From Hyphomonadaceae bacterium (GTDB lineage Bacteria > Pseudomonadota > Alphaproteobacteria > Caulobacterales > Aquidulcibacteraceae): a stretch of 58,680 bases of DNA. Below are positions 28,665 to 38,232 of this stretch, one piece after another (within the stretch, counting starts at the first letter, position 1; each line of letters starts with the position of its first letter). The stretch lies in the NCBI GenBank assembly GCA_040378245.1, contig JBEINE010000001.1:1-58680 (forward strand), given 5' to 3'. Below the pieces are notes generated by a model. The model was not told where the DNA came from and did no database searches. It was given only the letters and a program-made list of their open reading frames with translations. Both the position numbers and the translations under genes were made by a program.

Positions 28665-29963
28665 TCAAGCGTCTTCGTGCTGAAACAGTTTAAGGACATC
28701 GCCCGACGTCACCACCGAGCGCCCGTTTGATTTTTTGGGTTTGCCGGCATTGAAAGACCTGGGCGTGATATCGATGTGCTGCGCTTGGGCCCGCAAGGCG
28801 CCGACGGTGCAATTCTCCCGTCCGAAAATGGCAAATGGGTCATAGTGAAAGGCGCGCATTGCATTGAGATGGGTCATTGCATCAATTTCATCATCAGGCA
28901 CACCAACGAAATTTTCGAACAGCCGTTCCGGTGACCGGGGCCAGGTGGCATCGGAATGCGGATAATCGCATTCATAGCAGATGGTCTGCAGGCCAACCTT
29001 GTGGCGGTTGGCCACCCCGAACTTGTCATCGATGAAACAGGTCAGAAAATGATCTTGGAACACCTGTGTAGGCGTCCGGTCGCCAAAATCGGCGAAGGTC
29101 CATGCTTTGTGCTGTTGATGCGTAAACTCCGCCCGCTCCAGAAAATAGGGAACCCAACCGATCCCCCCCTCAGACAAGGCAATCTTCAGTTTTGGATAGC
29201 GCTTTAACGCGGTCAGATGAAGCCAATCAGCGGCGCTATTGGCAATCGCCATGGGCATACCGATGATCCAGGCGTCAATCGGCGAGTCCATCGACGGGTG
29301 CGCGGGGGCGCTGCCCGTTCCAATGTGACAGCATATAACGACTTCTTCTTCCGCGCAAATCCGCCAAAAAGCTTCCCAGCTTTCATCATGGATGCTCGCC
29401 AAACCGCGCGCAGCCGGATTATCCGGGAATGTTACTGCACGACACCCTTTGGCAACAACCCGCTTCACTTCCTGCACGCAAAGCGCCACATCCCAAAGTG
29501 GCAGCAACGCCATCGGAATGAAGCGACCCGGATAAGCCCCACACCATTCATCAATATGCCAGTCATTATAGGCACGAATGACCGCCAAGGCGTTTTGTTT
29601 GTCCTTGGCACCGATATAAAGTGCGCCTTCAAAGCCTGCAAAAGAACCGAAGCAAATCGATCCAAGAATGCCGTTGACATTCATGTCGCCAATCCGGGCG
29701 TGAATATCATAGGCCCCGGCCCGCATTTCTTCCAGCGATTGCGGTTCGCAGCCATATTCTTCCGGCACTCGGCCGGCGACTGCGTTCAGGCCAATGTTGG
29801 GAATCTTCTTGCCTTCGAACAGCCAGTAACCGCTGCCGTCAGCTTCGGTAAAAAACCGTGGCGCGGTATCCCGATAGGCAGCGGGCAAGTGCTTTTCAAA
29901 CATGGACGGCGGTTCCACCACATGATCGTCCACACTTACAATGATGAGATCATCGACGTTCAT
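28665..29963 (-). CDS. Amidohydrolase family 2 protein
   Basis: SVDDHVVEP, AYNDWHIDEWC, LSEGGIGW, ECDYPHSD. Confidence 0.9.
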   Translation of the reverse strand: MNVDDLIIVSVDDHVVEPPSMFEKHLPAAYRDTAPRFFTEADGSGYWLFEGKKIPNIGLNAVAGRVPEEYGCEPQSLEEMRAGAYDIHARIGDMNVNGILGSICFGSFAGFEGALYIGAKDKQNALAVIRAYNDWHIDEWCGAYPGRFIPMALLPLWDVALCVQEVKRVVAKGCRAVTFPDNPAARGLASIHDESWEAFWRICAEEEVVICCHIGTGSAPAHPSMDSPIDAWIIGMPMAIANSAADWLHLTALKRYPKLKIALSEGGIGWVPYFLERAEFTHQQHKAWTFADFGDRTPTQVFQDHFLTCFIDDKFGVANRHKVGLQTICYECDYPHSDATWPRSPERLFENFVGVPDDEIDAMTHLNAMRAFHYDPFAIFGRENCTVGALRAQAQHIDITPRSFNAGKPKKSNGRSVVTSGDVLKLFQHEDA

Positions 29964-29994
29964 TTCATCTCTCCAATATATTATCGACTATCGC

Positions 29995-31239
29995 TCACCA
30001 ACGCAGCGGCAGCGCATAATGACCCCAAACGCCGCCGCCATAACGGGGTGATTGATCAAGCGAGACAAGGGAGTATTGAGGAATGCGTGCCAGAAACAGT
30101 TCAAGCGCGATTCGCATTTCCCGTCGTGCCAAATGTGATCCGATACAACGATGGGGACCTGAGGAAAAAGCCAAATGGCGCGATGCCTCGCGTTCAATAT
30201 CCACTTGTTCGGGTTGCTCAAATTCACCGGCATCGCGGTTCGCCGCAGACATGAAGCACAGCACCTTGTCGCCGGCCTTCATCTGAACACCCTGAAACTC
30301 GATATCGCGCGCCACAACGCGTCCGGTATTCACGCTTGAGAAGGCCCGCATAAATTCTTCGACGGCATTAGGAATAAGCGAGGGATCTTTGGCGAGCCTG
30401 CTTTGCAGCTCCGGCATCTCGGCGAGATAACGGAAAATATTGCTGAGTGAACTGGTGACCGTATCGAGTCCGGCAATGAAAAGCAGAAAGCCGAACCCGC
30501 ACATATCATTGTCGCTGATCGGCTTGCCGTCGATCTCAAGTCGGACAAGCTTTCCAATCAAGTCATCGGTTGGCACCCGTCGACGTTCGGCAAACAGGCT
30601 CATCAGCAGGCCTAGCACCCCGTCGGCTGCCTCCTTCTGCAGTTGCGGGTTGTGCGAATGGATGATCTGCTCGGTCCATTTGATGAATTGCGCTGTGCGA
30701 TCTTCCGGCAAACCCATCATACGGACGAAGATCGCTGTCGGCAGTGGTCGGGCAAAATCCGCGACAAAATCGCAGCTTCCTTTGTCAACAAAGGCGTCAA
30801 TGAGATTGGTGCTGACACGGCGGATGTCCGCTTCCAGCCGGTCAATCTCGCGCGGGGCAAATATCGGGTTGAGCATGACCCGATATTTGCCATGCTCGGG
30901 CGCATCAAGCTCCAGTGGGATCAGGCTAAACGACTGCCCATCTTCGCGCGGGACGACATTCGCAATGCCTTTGCTGGAAAAGGTCTCTGCATCCTGCAAT
31001 ACCGCGCGAACATCCTCAAAACGGGTGATAATCCAGCCGCCTGCAAAGCCGGGCGAATAAAATATCCGCGGGGCATCCGCCATCAGGGCGGTGCAGCCCG
31101 CATAGGGTTCAGCAACAAACGACTGGTCGGTGATATAGTCGAAAGTGCGGACGAGCCCGGGGGGAACGTGGCTGGGCACAGGTCCGTCAAAAAGGCCAGT
31201 CATCATTGCCGGTGACGCCACATCTCTGCTGGCACTCAA
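29995..31239 (-). CDS. Cytochrome P450 (P450cam/CYP101-like N-terminus)
   Basis: AGLDT I-helix, EFMR (ExxR), FSSGPHRCIG heme motif; PSHVPPGLVRTFD; TTG 31239 behind GAGGAG (ATG 31206 is an alternative start). Confidence 0.95.
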   Translation of the reverse strand: MSASRDVASPAMMTGLFDGPVPSHVPPGLVRTFDYITDQSFVAEPYAGCTALMADAPRIFYSPGFAGGWIITRFEDVRAVLQDAETFSSKGIANVVPREDGQSFSLIPLELDAPEHGKYRVMLNPIFAPREIDRLEADIRRVSTNLIDAFVDKGSCDFVADFARPLPTAIFVRMMGLPEDRTAQFIKWTEQIIHSHNPQLQKEAADGVLGLLMSLFAERRRVPTDDLIGKLVRLEIDGKPISDNDMCGFGFLLFIAGLDTVTSSLSNIFRYLAEMPELQSRLAKDPSLIPNAVEEFMRAFSSVNTGRVVARDIEFQGVQMKAGDKVLCFMSAANRDAGEFEQPEQVDIEREASRHLAFSSGPHRCIGSHLARREMRIALELFLARIPQYSLVSLDQSPRYGGGVWGHYALPLRW

Positions 31240-31265
31240 GGGCCTTCTCCTCAATCAAATTTTAT

Positions 31266-31284
31266 AACTGACTTATCGTCATTT
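31266..31284. promoter_or_regulatory. Island operator copy AACTGACTTATCGTCATTT
   Basis: Motif match in the divergent P450/DUF2889 promoter, preceded by TATA. Confidence 0.75.
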
Positions 31285-31344
31285 TTTGACTATGCTTTTT
31301 TCTGGATTTTGCCAAGCATTTTTATGCGGATCTGGAGAATGGGC

Positions 31345-32112
31345 ATGGGCGAGTTGGCGACAGACAGATTGATTCCGGTTGAAGAGCATCATGATTCATG
31401 GACTTATCATCGTTCGATCACCGTTCGCCGAAACCGCCATAGCGGTCATGCAGAATTGGAAGATGATTTCCACCGCCTCGGCGTCGACCTCGACCTGAAG
31501 GACGGAGTGATCATTGGTACCGATGGCTATTTCAAACGCGCGCCTTGGTCTACCTGCTCCGGCGCGACCATGTTGTTGGAAGGCTTGGTCGGGTTGACTT
31601 TATCGGAAATCGCCAACCGGCAAATTGCTGATCGCCATCTGCATTGTACGCATCTTCTGGACCTCGCGGAAAGCGTCGCTCGGCAAACAAGTGAAGCTGA
31701 TCATTTGGCACAACGCATTGATATGACAGTCGAACTTTCGAACTATCGCAAGGTTGTTGCAGCTGAACTATATGTTGACGGCCAAACTTTTCTTGACTGG
31801 ACGATTGCCGATGGCGTGATTGTCGCACCCGAGGCATTTGCGGGACAGCCGCTATCTTCCCTGTTGGGCTGGATACAGGTCAGCCAGCATCGAGAGCTGG
31901 CAACGCATGTTTGGATGTTGCGGCGGGCGATCCATATCGCCCATGGAAAAAACCTGCTGCTCGACCAACTTGAAACGGCAGCAGATCTCTATGATGGCTG
32001 GACGCAGGCGATCCATACCTGCCACACATTGCAACCGGACCGAATCCACTCTGCCTTGCGCAATCGCGAGACGGTTCGTCATTTTACATCGAGCGCACAG
32101 CTGCTTGCCTGA
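31345..32112 (+). CDS. DUF2889-like protein of unknown function
   Basis: LEDDFHR, RAPWSTC.GA, HCTHL.DL, LRRA, TCH pattern recalled for DUF2889 proteins. Confidence 0.7.
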   Translation: MGELATDRLIPVEEHHDSWTYHRSITVRRNRHSGHAELEDDFHRLGVDLDLKDGVIIGTDGYFKRAPWSTCSGATMLLEGLVGLTLSEIANRQIADRHLHCTHLLDLAESVARQTSEADHLAQRIDMTVELSNYRKVVAAELYVDGQTFLDWTIADGVIVAPEAFAGQPLSSLLGWIQVSQHRELATHVWMLRRAIHIAHGKNLLLDQLETAADLYDGWTQAIHTCHTLQPDRIHSALRNRETVRHFTSSAQLLA

Positions 32113-32178
32113 TTTGAGGCCGCTGGCCTCGGGCCAATCTCGCCTCGGTAGATTTCACGATGCCGACGCTATTGACAA

Positions 32179-32197
32179 AACTGACGATCTGACATCT
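32179..32197. promoter_or_regulatory. Degenerate operator copy AACTGACGATCTGACATCT next to a TTGACA -35 box
   Basis: Perfect left half-site directly after TTGACA (32172-32177), upstream of the kinase. Confidence 0.6.
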
Positions 32198-32221
32198 TTT
32201 GACGACTCGAGAGGAAATTAT

Positions 32222-33268
32222 ATGTCAGACTTGGTCAATTCAGCGCAGTTTTCGGCGTGGGCGGAGACCCACCTGCCCATGCTTGGTGATGGCAAGCTGG
32301 AAATTACGCAATTGGCAGGCGGTGCCACCAATGCCGTATTCCGCGTAACAAAAGGGAAGGAATGGGCCGTGTTGCGCCGGCCCCCCGGCATTCCGCGGGC
32401 CGACAGCGAGAAAATATTGAAACGTGAAGCACGCGTTCTGACGGCTTTAGGCTCAACCAATGTACGGGCACCGCGTGTATTGGCCGAATGTGACGACAGC
32501 GATGTGATTGGCGCTGGATTTTATGTGATGACTAATGTCGAGGGCTGGGTGCCGATGAGCGAGGCCGATTTCCCGCCCGCATTTGCGCCTGGAACACAAG
32601 CCCGCCGGAATATGGCTTTTGAGCTTGTCGATGGGATCGCCACCTTGGCAAATGTCGATTATCTGGCTGTCGGGCTGGACGGGTTTGGAAAGCCAGAGGG
32701 CTTTCTGGAGCGTCAGGTCGACCGCTGGCTTGGGCAACTGGCCATGTACAAAGAGGCAGAAAATTATGCTGGGCGGGAATTGCCTGGGCTGGACTATGTA
32801 GCCGACTGGCTTCGAGCCAATACGCCGGTATCGCCGCGCATGGGCGTCATCCACGGCGACTATTCATTTGCCAATGTGCTGTTTGCCCATGGTGATGATC
32901 CCAGGCTGGCCGCCATTATCGACTGGGAACTATCGACAGTCGGGGATCCGCTTCTTGATCTGGGCTGGACGGTCTATAGCTTCATGTCTCGCGATGGTTT
33001 TGCGCCGCCACAGGATATTTACAACACCGCGCCCTATCCTTTCCGCGAGGAATTGATCGAATATTACGCTGGAAAAACGGGACTGCCGGTCGATAACATT
33101 GATTACTATATGATTCTGGCCCAGTTCAAGCTCGGCGCATTGCTCGAGCGCAAATATGCTGAGTATCTGGGCGGCAAGAAGGATCGCGAATATGGCGAAT
33201 ATTTTGGCAAACTAACACTCGATCTGTTTGCAACTGCGGCTGAAATGGCGAAGCGGTCAAAGTTATGA
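32222..33268 (+). CDS. APH-family phosphotransferase (ACAD10/11 kinase / LvaA-like)
   Basis: LAGGATN, VLRRPP, REARVL.AL, HGDYSFANV, IDWELSTVGDPLLDLG; start ATG 32222 behind GAGGA. Confidence 0.9.
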   Translation: MSDLVNSAQFSAWAETHLPMLGDGKLEITQLAGGATNAVFRVTKGKEWAVLRRPPGIPRADSEKILKREARVLTALGSTNVRAPRVLAECDDSDVIGAGFYVMTNVEGWVPMSEADFPPAFAPGTQARRNMAFELVDGIATLANVDYLAVGLDGFGKPEGFLERQVDRWLGQLAMYKEAENYAGRELPGLDYVADWLRANTPVSPRMGVIHGDYSFANVLFAHGDDPRLAAIIDWELSTVGDPLLDLGWTVYSFMSRDGFAPPQDIYNTAPYPFREELIEYYAGKTGLPVDNIDYYMILAQFKLGALLERKYAEYLGGKKDREYGEYFGKLTLDLFATAAEMAKRSKL

Positions 33269-34050
33269 CGAAGTCGCCCGCAGAACTGTTCGATCTTTCA
33301 GGGAAAGTGGCCCTGATCACAGGAGGCAGCCGCGGCCTCGGTCGCGAAATGGCCCTTGCATTCGCAGCCGCCGGTGCCGATGTCGTCATCGTTTCCCGCA
33401 AACTCGCCGCTTGTGAAGCTGTTGCGGAGGAAATCGAGCGGTCGGGACGACGAGCGCTGCCGCTGGCCGGCCATGTTGGTCATTGGGACGAGATGCCGTC
33501 GCTGGTTGAAAGTGCTTATAATTGGCGCAATGGCATCCAGATATTGGTCAACAATGCCGGCCTTTCCCCCCTGTCGCCTTCAATTGCCGAAACGTCGGAA
33601 GCCCTGTTCGATAAAGTTGTCGAGATAAATTTCAAGGCGGCATTTCGCCTCTCGGTGCTTGTGGGCGAACGGATGAGTGCAGCCGATGGCGGGTCGATCA
33701 TCAATATTTCCAGCACGGGCGCACTTCGTCCCACTGCAGGTATCGCCCCCTATGCCGGTGCAAAAGCCGGGCTGAACGCGATGAGTCTTGCGTTGTCGCT
33801 GGCTTGGGCACCCAAAGTTCGCGTTAACGTGATTTCACCCGGAACCTTCAAGACCGATATTGCGGCTGCTTGGTCTGATAATCCTGAATTGGGTAAGTCA
33901 AACCCACTTGGTCGCATTGGTATCCCAAATGAAATCGCGGGTGCGGCGCTTTTTCTGGCCAGCGATGCCTCTACTTACGTCAATGGTGCGCTGATCCGCG
34001 TCGACGGCGGCGGGCCAGTCGACCGCACGGCGCTGCAGCACGGTTTCTGA
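33265..34050 (+). CDS. SDR oxidoreductase
   Basis: TGGSRGLG, VSRK, NNAG, YAGAK; ATGA-coupled to the kinase. Confidence 0.92.
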   Translation: MTKSPAELFDLSGKVALITGGSRGLGREMALAFAAAGADVVIVSRKLAACEAVAEEIERSGRRALPLAGHVGHWDEMPSLVESAYNWRNGIQILVNNAGLSPLSPSIAETSEALFDKVVEINFKAAFRLSVLVGERMSAADGGSIINISSTGALRPTAGIAPYAGAKAGLNAMSLALSLAWAPKVRVNVISPGTFKTDIAAAWSDNPELGKSNPLGRIGIPNEIAGAALFLASDASTYVNGALIRVDGGGPVDRTALQHGF

Positions 34051-34065
34051 AAGGATCGCAGTCCC

Positions 34066-35352
34066 ATGTTTGACTTCCATATTCCCGCAGAGTTTCAAAC
34101 CAAGCTGAATTGGATTGACCAGTTCGTGCGGACAAAGGTCGAACCGATGGACGCCTTGTTCGATCAGTATGCCGGACAAACCTATGATTGGCGCGATACC
34201 GCTTCACGAGCTGTTCTTAAACCTTTGCAGGATATTGTAAAGCAGGAGGGGCTGTGGGGGCTACATCTGACAAAGGCGCTAGGGGGGCCTGGCTTCGGCA
34301 ATGTTGAGCTGTGCCTGATCAACGAAATTCTCGGACGGACACGCTGGGGGCCGGTCGTGTTCGGCTGTCAAGCACCCGATAGTGGCAATGGTGAGATCTT
34401 GGCGCGTTATGGGACAGACGAGCAGAAACAGCAATTTCTGGTACCGTTACAGGCTGGCGAGATTTACTCCTGCTTTTCGATGACCGAAGTGGAGGGTGGT
34501 TCTGATCCAACACAATTTACTTGCAGTGCGGTTGTTGACGGGGACGACTGGGTTATTGACGGAGAAAAGTGGTACTCGTCCAATGCGCGCTATGCGCGCT
34601 TTTTCATTGTCATGGTCCGTACCGAAGCGGATACAGAACGTCTGCATGAACAGTTTTCGGCGATACTGGTTCCATCCGATACACCCGGCATTGAATTTGT
34701 CCAAGATGTTGGTTCGATGGACGAACCCTATGGGATGGGCGCGCATGCGCATATCCGCTACAATGGCGTCCGCGTACCTCATGCCAATTTGCTAGGCCCC
34801 AGAGGTCGGGGCTTTGCCGTTGCTCAAGCTAGGCTGGGTGGAGGGCGCATTCATCATGCAATGCGCACCATCGGCTCATCGCGCAAGGCGCTGGACATGA
34901 TGCTCGAACGGGCTGTGTCGCGCACAACAAAAGGCGAACTTCTATCCAGCAAGCAACTGGTGCAAGTCGATATTGCCAATTGCTGGATGAAGGTTGAAGA
35001 ATTGAAATTGCTGGTTCTAAAGACAGCATGGTTGCTTGATCAGGATCGAGAAGAAGAAGCACGCATCTGGATTGGTGCCTGTAAAGTGAAATGCGCAGAG
35101 GTCGCCCAGCATGTCGTTACGAAAGCCATGCATTTGCATGGCTCGCTTGGCCTTTCCAATCTTACACCACTCGCACGGTTGAACACCGAGTGGCCCCTGA
35201 TGGGCATGGCGGATGGGCCAACCGAGATCCATCAGATGCAAATTGGCCGATCCTTGTTGAAGACAGCAACAGTAGTTGGCGGAAGATGGCCGACAGACTT
35301 TCTGCCGGACATGAAAGCGCGGGCGAAAATTGCCTTGGCAGATTATTTGTGA
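34066..35352 (+). CDS. Acyl-CoA dehydrogenase (ACAD10/11/FadE2/LvaC-like)
   Basis: FGCQAPDSGN.EIL, CFSMTE, AQARLGGGRIHHAMR, ADGPTEIH. Confidence 0.92.
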   Translation: MFDFHIPAEFQTKLNWIDQFVRTKVEPMDALFDQYAGQTYDWRDTASRAVLKPLQDIVKQEGLWGLHLTKALGGPGFGNVELCLINEILGRTRWGPVVFGCQAPDSGNGEILARYGTDEQKQQFLVPLQAGEIYSCFSMTEVEGGSDPTQFTCSAVVDGDDWVIDGEKWYSSNARYARFFIVMVRTEADTERLHEQFSAILVPSDTPGIEFVQDVGSMDEPYGMGAHAHIRYNGVRVPHANLLGPRGRGFAVAQARLGGGRIHHAMRTIGSSRKALDMMLERAVSRTTKGELLSSKQLVQVDIANCWMKVEELKLLVLKTAWLLDQDREEEARIWIGACKVKCAEVAQHVVTKAMHLHGSLGLSNLTPLARLNTEWPLMGMADGPTEIHQMQIGRSLLKTATVVGGRWPTDFLPDMKARAKIALADYL

Positions 35353-35370
35353 GGCAGGATGCCATAGGCA

Positions 35371-36150
35371 ATGTTTAACATTGCGGGGCGTATCGCTTTT
35401 GTAACCGGGGCGGCAAGCGGCATAGGCTTGGCTATCGCAGAAAAATTGATAAGCCATGGTGCGAAGGTGGCAATGGCCGACATCGATCGAGCCGCTCTGG
35501 AAGCCAAAGCATCGATCCTCGGCGAAAGCGCACTCCCGGTCGTGCTGGATGTGCGCCATCGCCGCGACTGGTTGACCGCCCGTACCAGGGTCGAGAAAAA
35601 AATTGGCCCAGTTTCAATTTTGATCAATAATGCGGGGATTGGTCCCAACGGTCAGCAACTGGCGGATATGGATCCCGCGAGTTTTGAAAGATTGTTGCGC
35701 ATCAAACTGTTCGGTACATTCAATGGCATCCAGACATTTGTTCCTGGAATGCGCGCCATGGGCGGTGGGCACATCGTCAATACCGCATCCATTGCCGGCC
35801 TGCTTTCGAGCGCAAATTTAGGGGGATATTGCGCGTCGAAGGCCGCCGTTATTGCACTAAGCGAGGTGCTGCGAGCTGAGGTCAAGGACGATGGCATCGG
35901 CGTGTCCGTCCTTTGTCCGGGCCTGGTGGCGACCAACCTGATCGCCACGACCGAACGCGCCGAGCAGAGACGCTTGTCGGCAAAATCGATCGACGGCGGC
36001 ATCAGTCCGGCAGCAGTCGGCGCACTGGTTATCGACGCGATCCTTGAAAATCGCGCCTATATCTTCACTGATTGCGACCGTCGGCCTGCGGCTGCCGAGC
36101 GCTTTAGCACGATCCTTGGGGCATTTGACGAAATTCAGCTTCACTCCTGA
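35371..36150 (+). CDS. SDR oxidoreductase
   Basis: TGAASGIG, NNAG, NTAS, YCASK. Confidence 0.9.
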   Translation: MFNIAGRIAFVTGAASGIGLAIAEKLISHGAKVAMADIDRAALEAKASILGESALPVVLDVRHRRDWLTARTRVEKKIGPVSILINNAGIGPNGQQLADMDPASFERLLRIKLFGTFNGIQTFVPGMRAMGGGHIVNTASIAGLLSSANLGGYCASKAAVIALSEVLRAEVKDDGIGVSVLCPGLVATNLIATTERAEQRRLSAKSIDGGISPAAVGALVIDAILENRAYIFTDCDRRPAAAERFSTILGAFDEIQLHS

Positions 36151-36207
36151 CCCCAGTGGCAAAGTCGTTGGCAGGTAAAGGAGATATGGCCGTGCAATTG
36201 ATCGCTG

Positions 36208-37158
36208 CTATTGGCTCGCGTCGCGATACTGCCGGGCGAATCTATCGACGATCTCGGCCACATTGGGAATGTCGTTTATCATCCCGACCCCCTGCCCGGC
36301 ACTCCAGATATGTTTCCACGCCTTGACGCCGTCGGGCAGAGCACCCCGATGCGGCCCCAGCGGCGGAGGCAAGGCATCGGGATCAAGGCCCGCTTCCGCG
36401 ATTGAGCTGCGCATGAAATTGGCCGCCAGTCCCGAGATTGCAGTCGTGTATATGATATCGGACGATGCTTCTGACACCAGCATCGCTTTATAGCTGTCGG
36501 AGGCCAGAGATTCCTGCGTCGCAATGAAGCGGGTTCCAACATAACATAGGTCAGCACCAAGCACTTCGGCAGCGCGAATGGCCCGCCCATCGCTGATCGC
36601 TCCGGCAAGGACGATATAGCCGTCAAAAATGGCTCGTATCTGGGGAAGCATCGCAAAAGGACTCAATGTTCCGGCGTGGCCACCTGCGCCGGCACACACG
36701 AGGATCAGGCCATCGACACCGGCGGCGATTGCTTTTTGCGCATGGCGCAAATTGGTAATGTCGTGAAAAACCAGCCCACCATAGTCGTGAACCGCCTGGA
36801 CCACCGCCGACGGATCGCCGACGCTCGTGATGACCAGCGGCACCGCGTGCTTACGGCACAGGGCCACTTGGTCGAGGCTTTCGGCCAGGGCCTCCTTCCG
36901 CACCGGAATATTGACGGCGAACAAGGGCATAACTCCGTCCTGTTCGGCGGCGATTCTATCGCGGGCTGCGGCTATCTCGGTCAGCCATTGGTCCAGTCCC
37001 TCCAGTGTACGGGCATTGGGCGCTGGAAAAGATCCGATAATACCCGCTTTCATGGATTCAACGACCAGATCGACCCCGGACACCAAAAACATCGGTGCGG
37101 CGATCACGGGAAGCGTCAATTGGCGGAATCGGTCATCTCGTCCCACAATATTCTTCAC
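36208..37158 (-). CDS. Nitronate monooxygenase/FabK-like flavoprotein
   Basis: APMFLVS, GAGGHAG, AGAI.DG, GTRFIAT.ES, WSAGQG. Confidence 0.9.
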   Translation of the reverse strand: MKNIVGRDDRFRQLTLPVIAAPMFLVSGVDLVVESMKAGIIGSFPAPNARTLEGLDQWLTEIAAARDRIAAEQDGVMPLFAVNIPVRKEALAESLDQVALCRKHAVPLVITSVGDPSAVVQAVHDYGGLVFHDITNLRHAQKAIAAGVDGLILVCAGAGGHAGTLSPFAMLPQIRAIFDGYIVLAGAISDGRAIRAAEVLGADLCYVGTRFIATQESLASDSYKAMLVSEASSDIIYTTAISGLAANFMRSSIAEAGLDPDALPPPLGPHRGALPDGVKAWKHIWSAGQGVGMINDIPNVAEIVDRFARQYRDASQ

Positions 37159-37161
37159 AGT

Positions 37162-38232
37162 CTAACGCCTTTCTGATTTTGCAGGCTCGCCTGGTCCGGC
37201 TTTTGCAAAGCATTCGCCGGGAGTCCCCATCATCGCAAAGTCAAACAGGGCGCGTTTGAACCAGATTTGCAGTTCATATTCCCAAGTATAGCCAATGCCT
37301 CCATGCGCCTCGACTGCAGCACGGCTGGCCAGTCGGAAGATTTCGCACAAATGCGCTTTGGCCAAGGCAGACAGTCTTGACGCGTTCGCTGGATCATCAT
37401 CGTAAGATTTTGCCGCGAGCCAATATAGCCCAATGCCCGGGTCAATTGTTGCCGCGAGGTCGGCCAACTGGTGCTTCACGGCCTGAAACGAACCAATCGG
37501 CGCGCCATATTGTTCGCGCATCTTGGCATAGGCCACGGACATATTGAAGCACCGCCGTGCGCCGCCATAGGCATCGGCCGCCAGCAAGACGCGTCCCGCA
37601 TCGAGCAATCGTGCGCGCTGCGCCTGGTCGATATGCAGCAACTGCACATCGGCAAGATCATATTCGATCGCAAACAGCGGGCGGGTCCGGTCGGCAACAT
37701 TGAGCGCCGTCATGTTTCCTATGTGCTCGCGGGCGAGCAACCCACACCCCTCGCCAGCGCGGACCACAAGGACGTCCGCACAATCTGCGTTAAGGACGGC
37801 ATCAGCGCGAACTTTACCGGTGGCCGGGTGCGCCACACCGCTTTCACAATAGAGCGCATCCATGGCAAGCGATACGCGACGTTCGCCGGTTACGAATGAC
37901 TGCAGATATTGCGACTGAAGTTCGTTTTCAGGTGCGCACGCAATGGCCATGGATGCCAGCATATGCCCCAAAAAAGGAACTGGAGCGGCATGATAGCCCA
38001 AAGTTTCAGCCACCAGCGCCAGATCGAACAGTGATAGAGCCAAACCGCCATGCTTTTCGGGCACGACCAATGCTGGTACACCAAGATCGACAAGCCCGTC
38101 CCAAAGAGCCGCATCAAAGCCCGTACCGGCATCGAAAACATGGCGCAGTTGGGTGGCGGGCATTGCCCGTTCGCAAAGGCGCTCAACCGATTCCCGAAAA
38201 CTATCTTGAATGTCAGAAGTATCGAAAATCAT
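37162..38232 (-). CDS. Acyl-CoA dehydrogenase (beta-type partner subunit)
   Basis: REQYGAPIGSFQAVKH, HGGIGYTWE; no SEP..GSD. Confidence 0.9.
   Translation of the reverse strand: MIFDTSDIQDSFRESVERLCERAMPATQLRHVFDAGTGFDAALWDGLVDLGVPALVVPEKHGGLALSLFDLALVAETLGYHAAPVPFLGHMLASMAIACAPENELQSQYLQSFVTGERRVSLAMDALYCESGVAHPATGKVRADAVLNADCADVLVVRAGEGCGLLAREHIGNMTALNVADRTRPLFAIEYDLADVQLLHIDQAQRARLLDAGRVLLAADAYGGARRCFNMSVAYAKMREQYGAPIGSFQAVKHQLADLAATIDPGIGLYWLAAKSYDDDPANASRLSALAKAHLCEIFRLASRAAVEAHGGIGYTWEYELQIWFKRALFDFAMMGTPGECFAKAGPGEPAKSERR

Noticed and set aside
31820-32221. ORF-track N-terminal extensions (kinase from 31820, crotonase from 23459, DDAH-like from 12950, ACAD from 19081)
   Set aside because: They overlap neighbouring genes or operators; downstream ATGs coincide with the start of family homology, mostly with an RBS.
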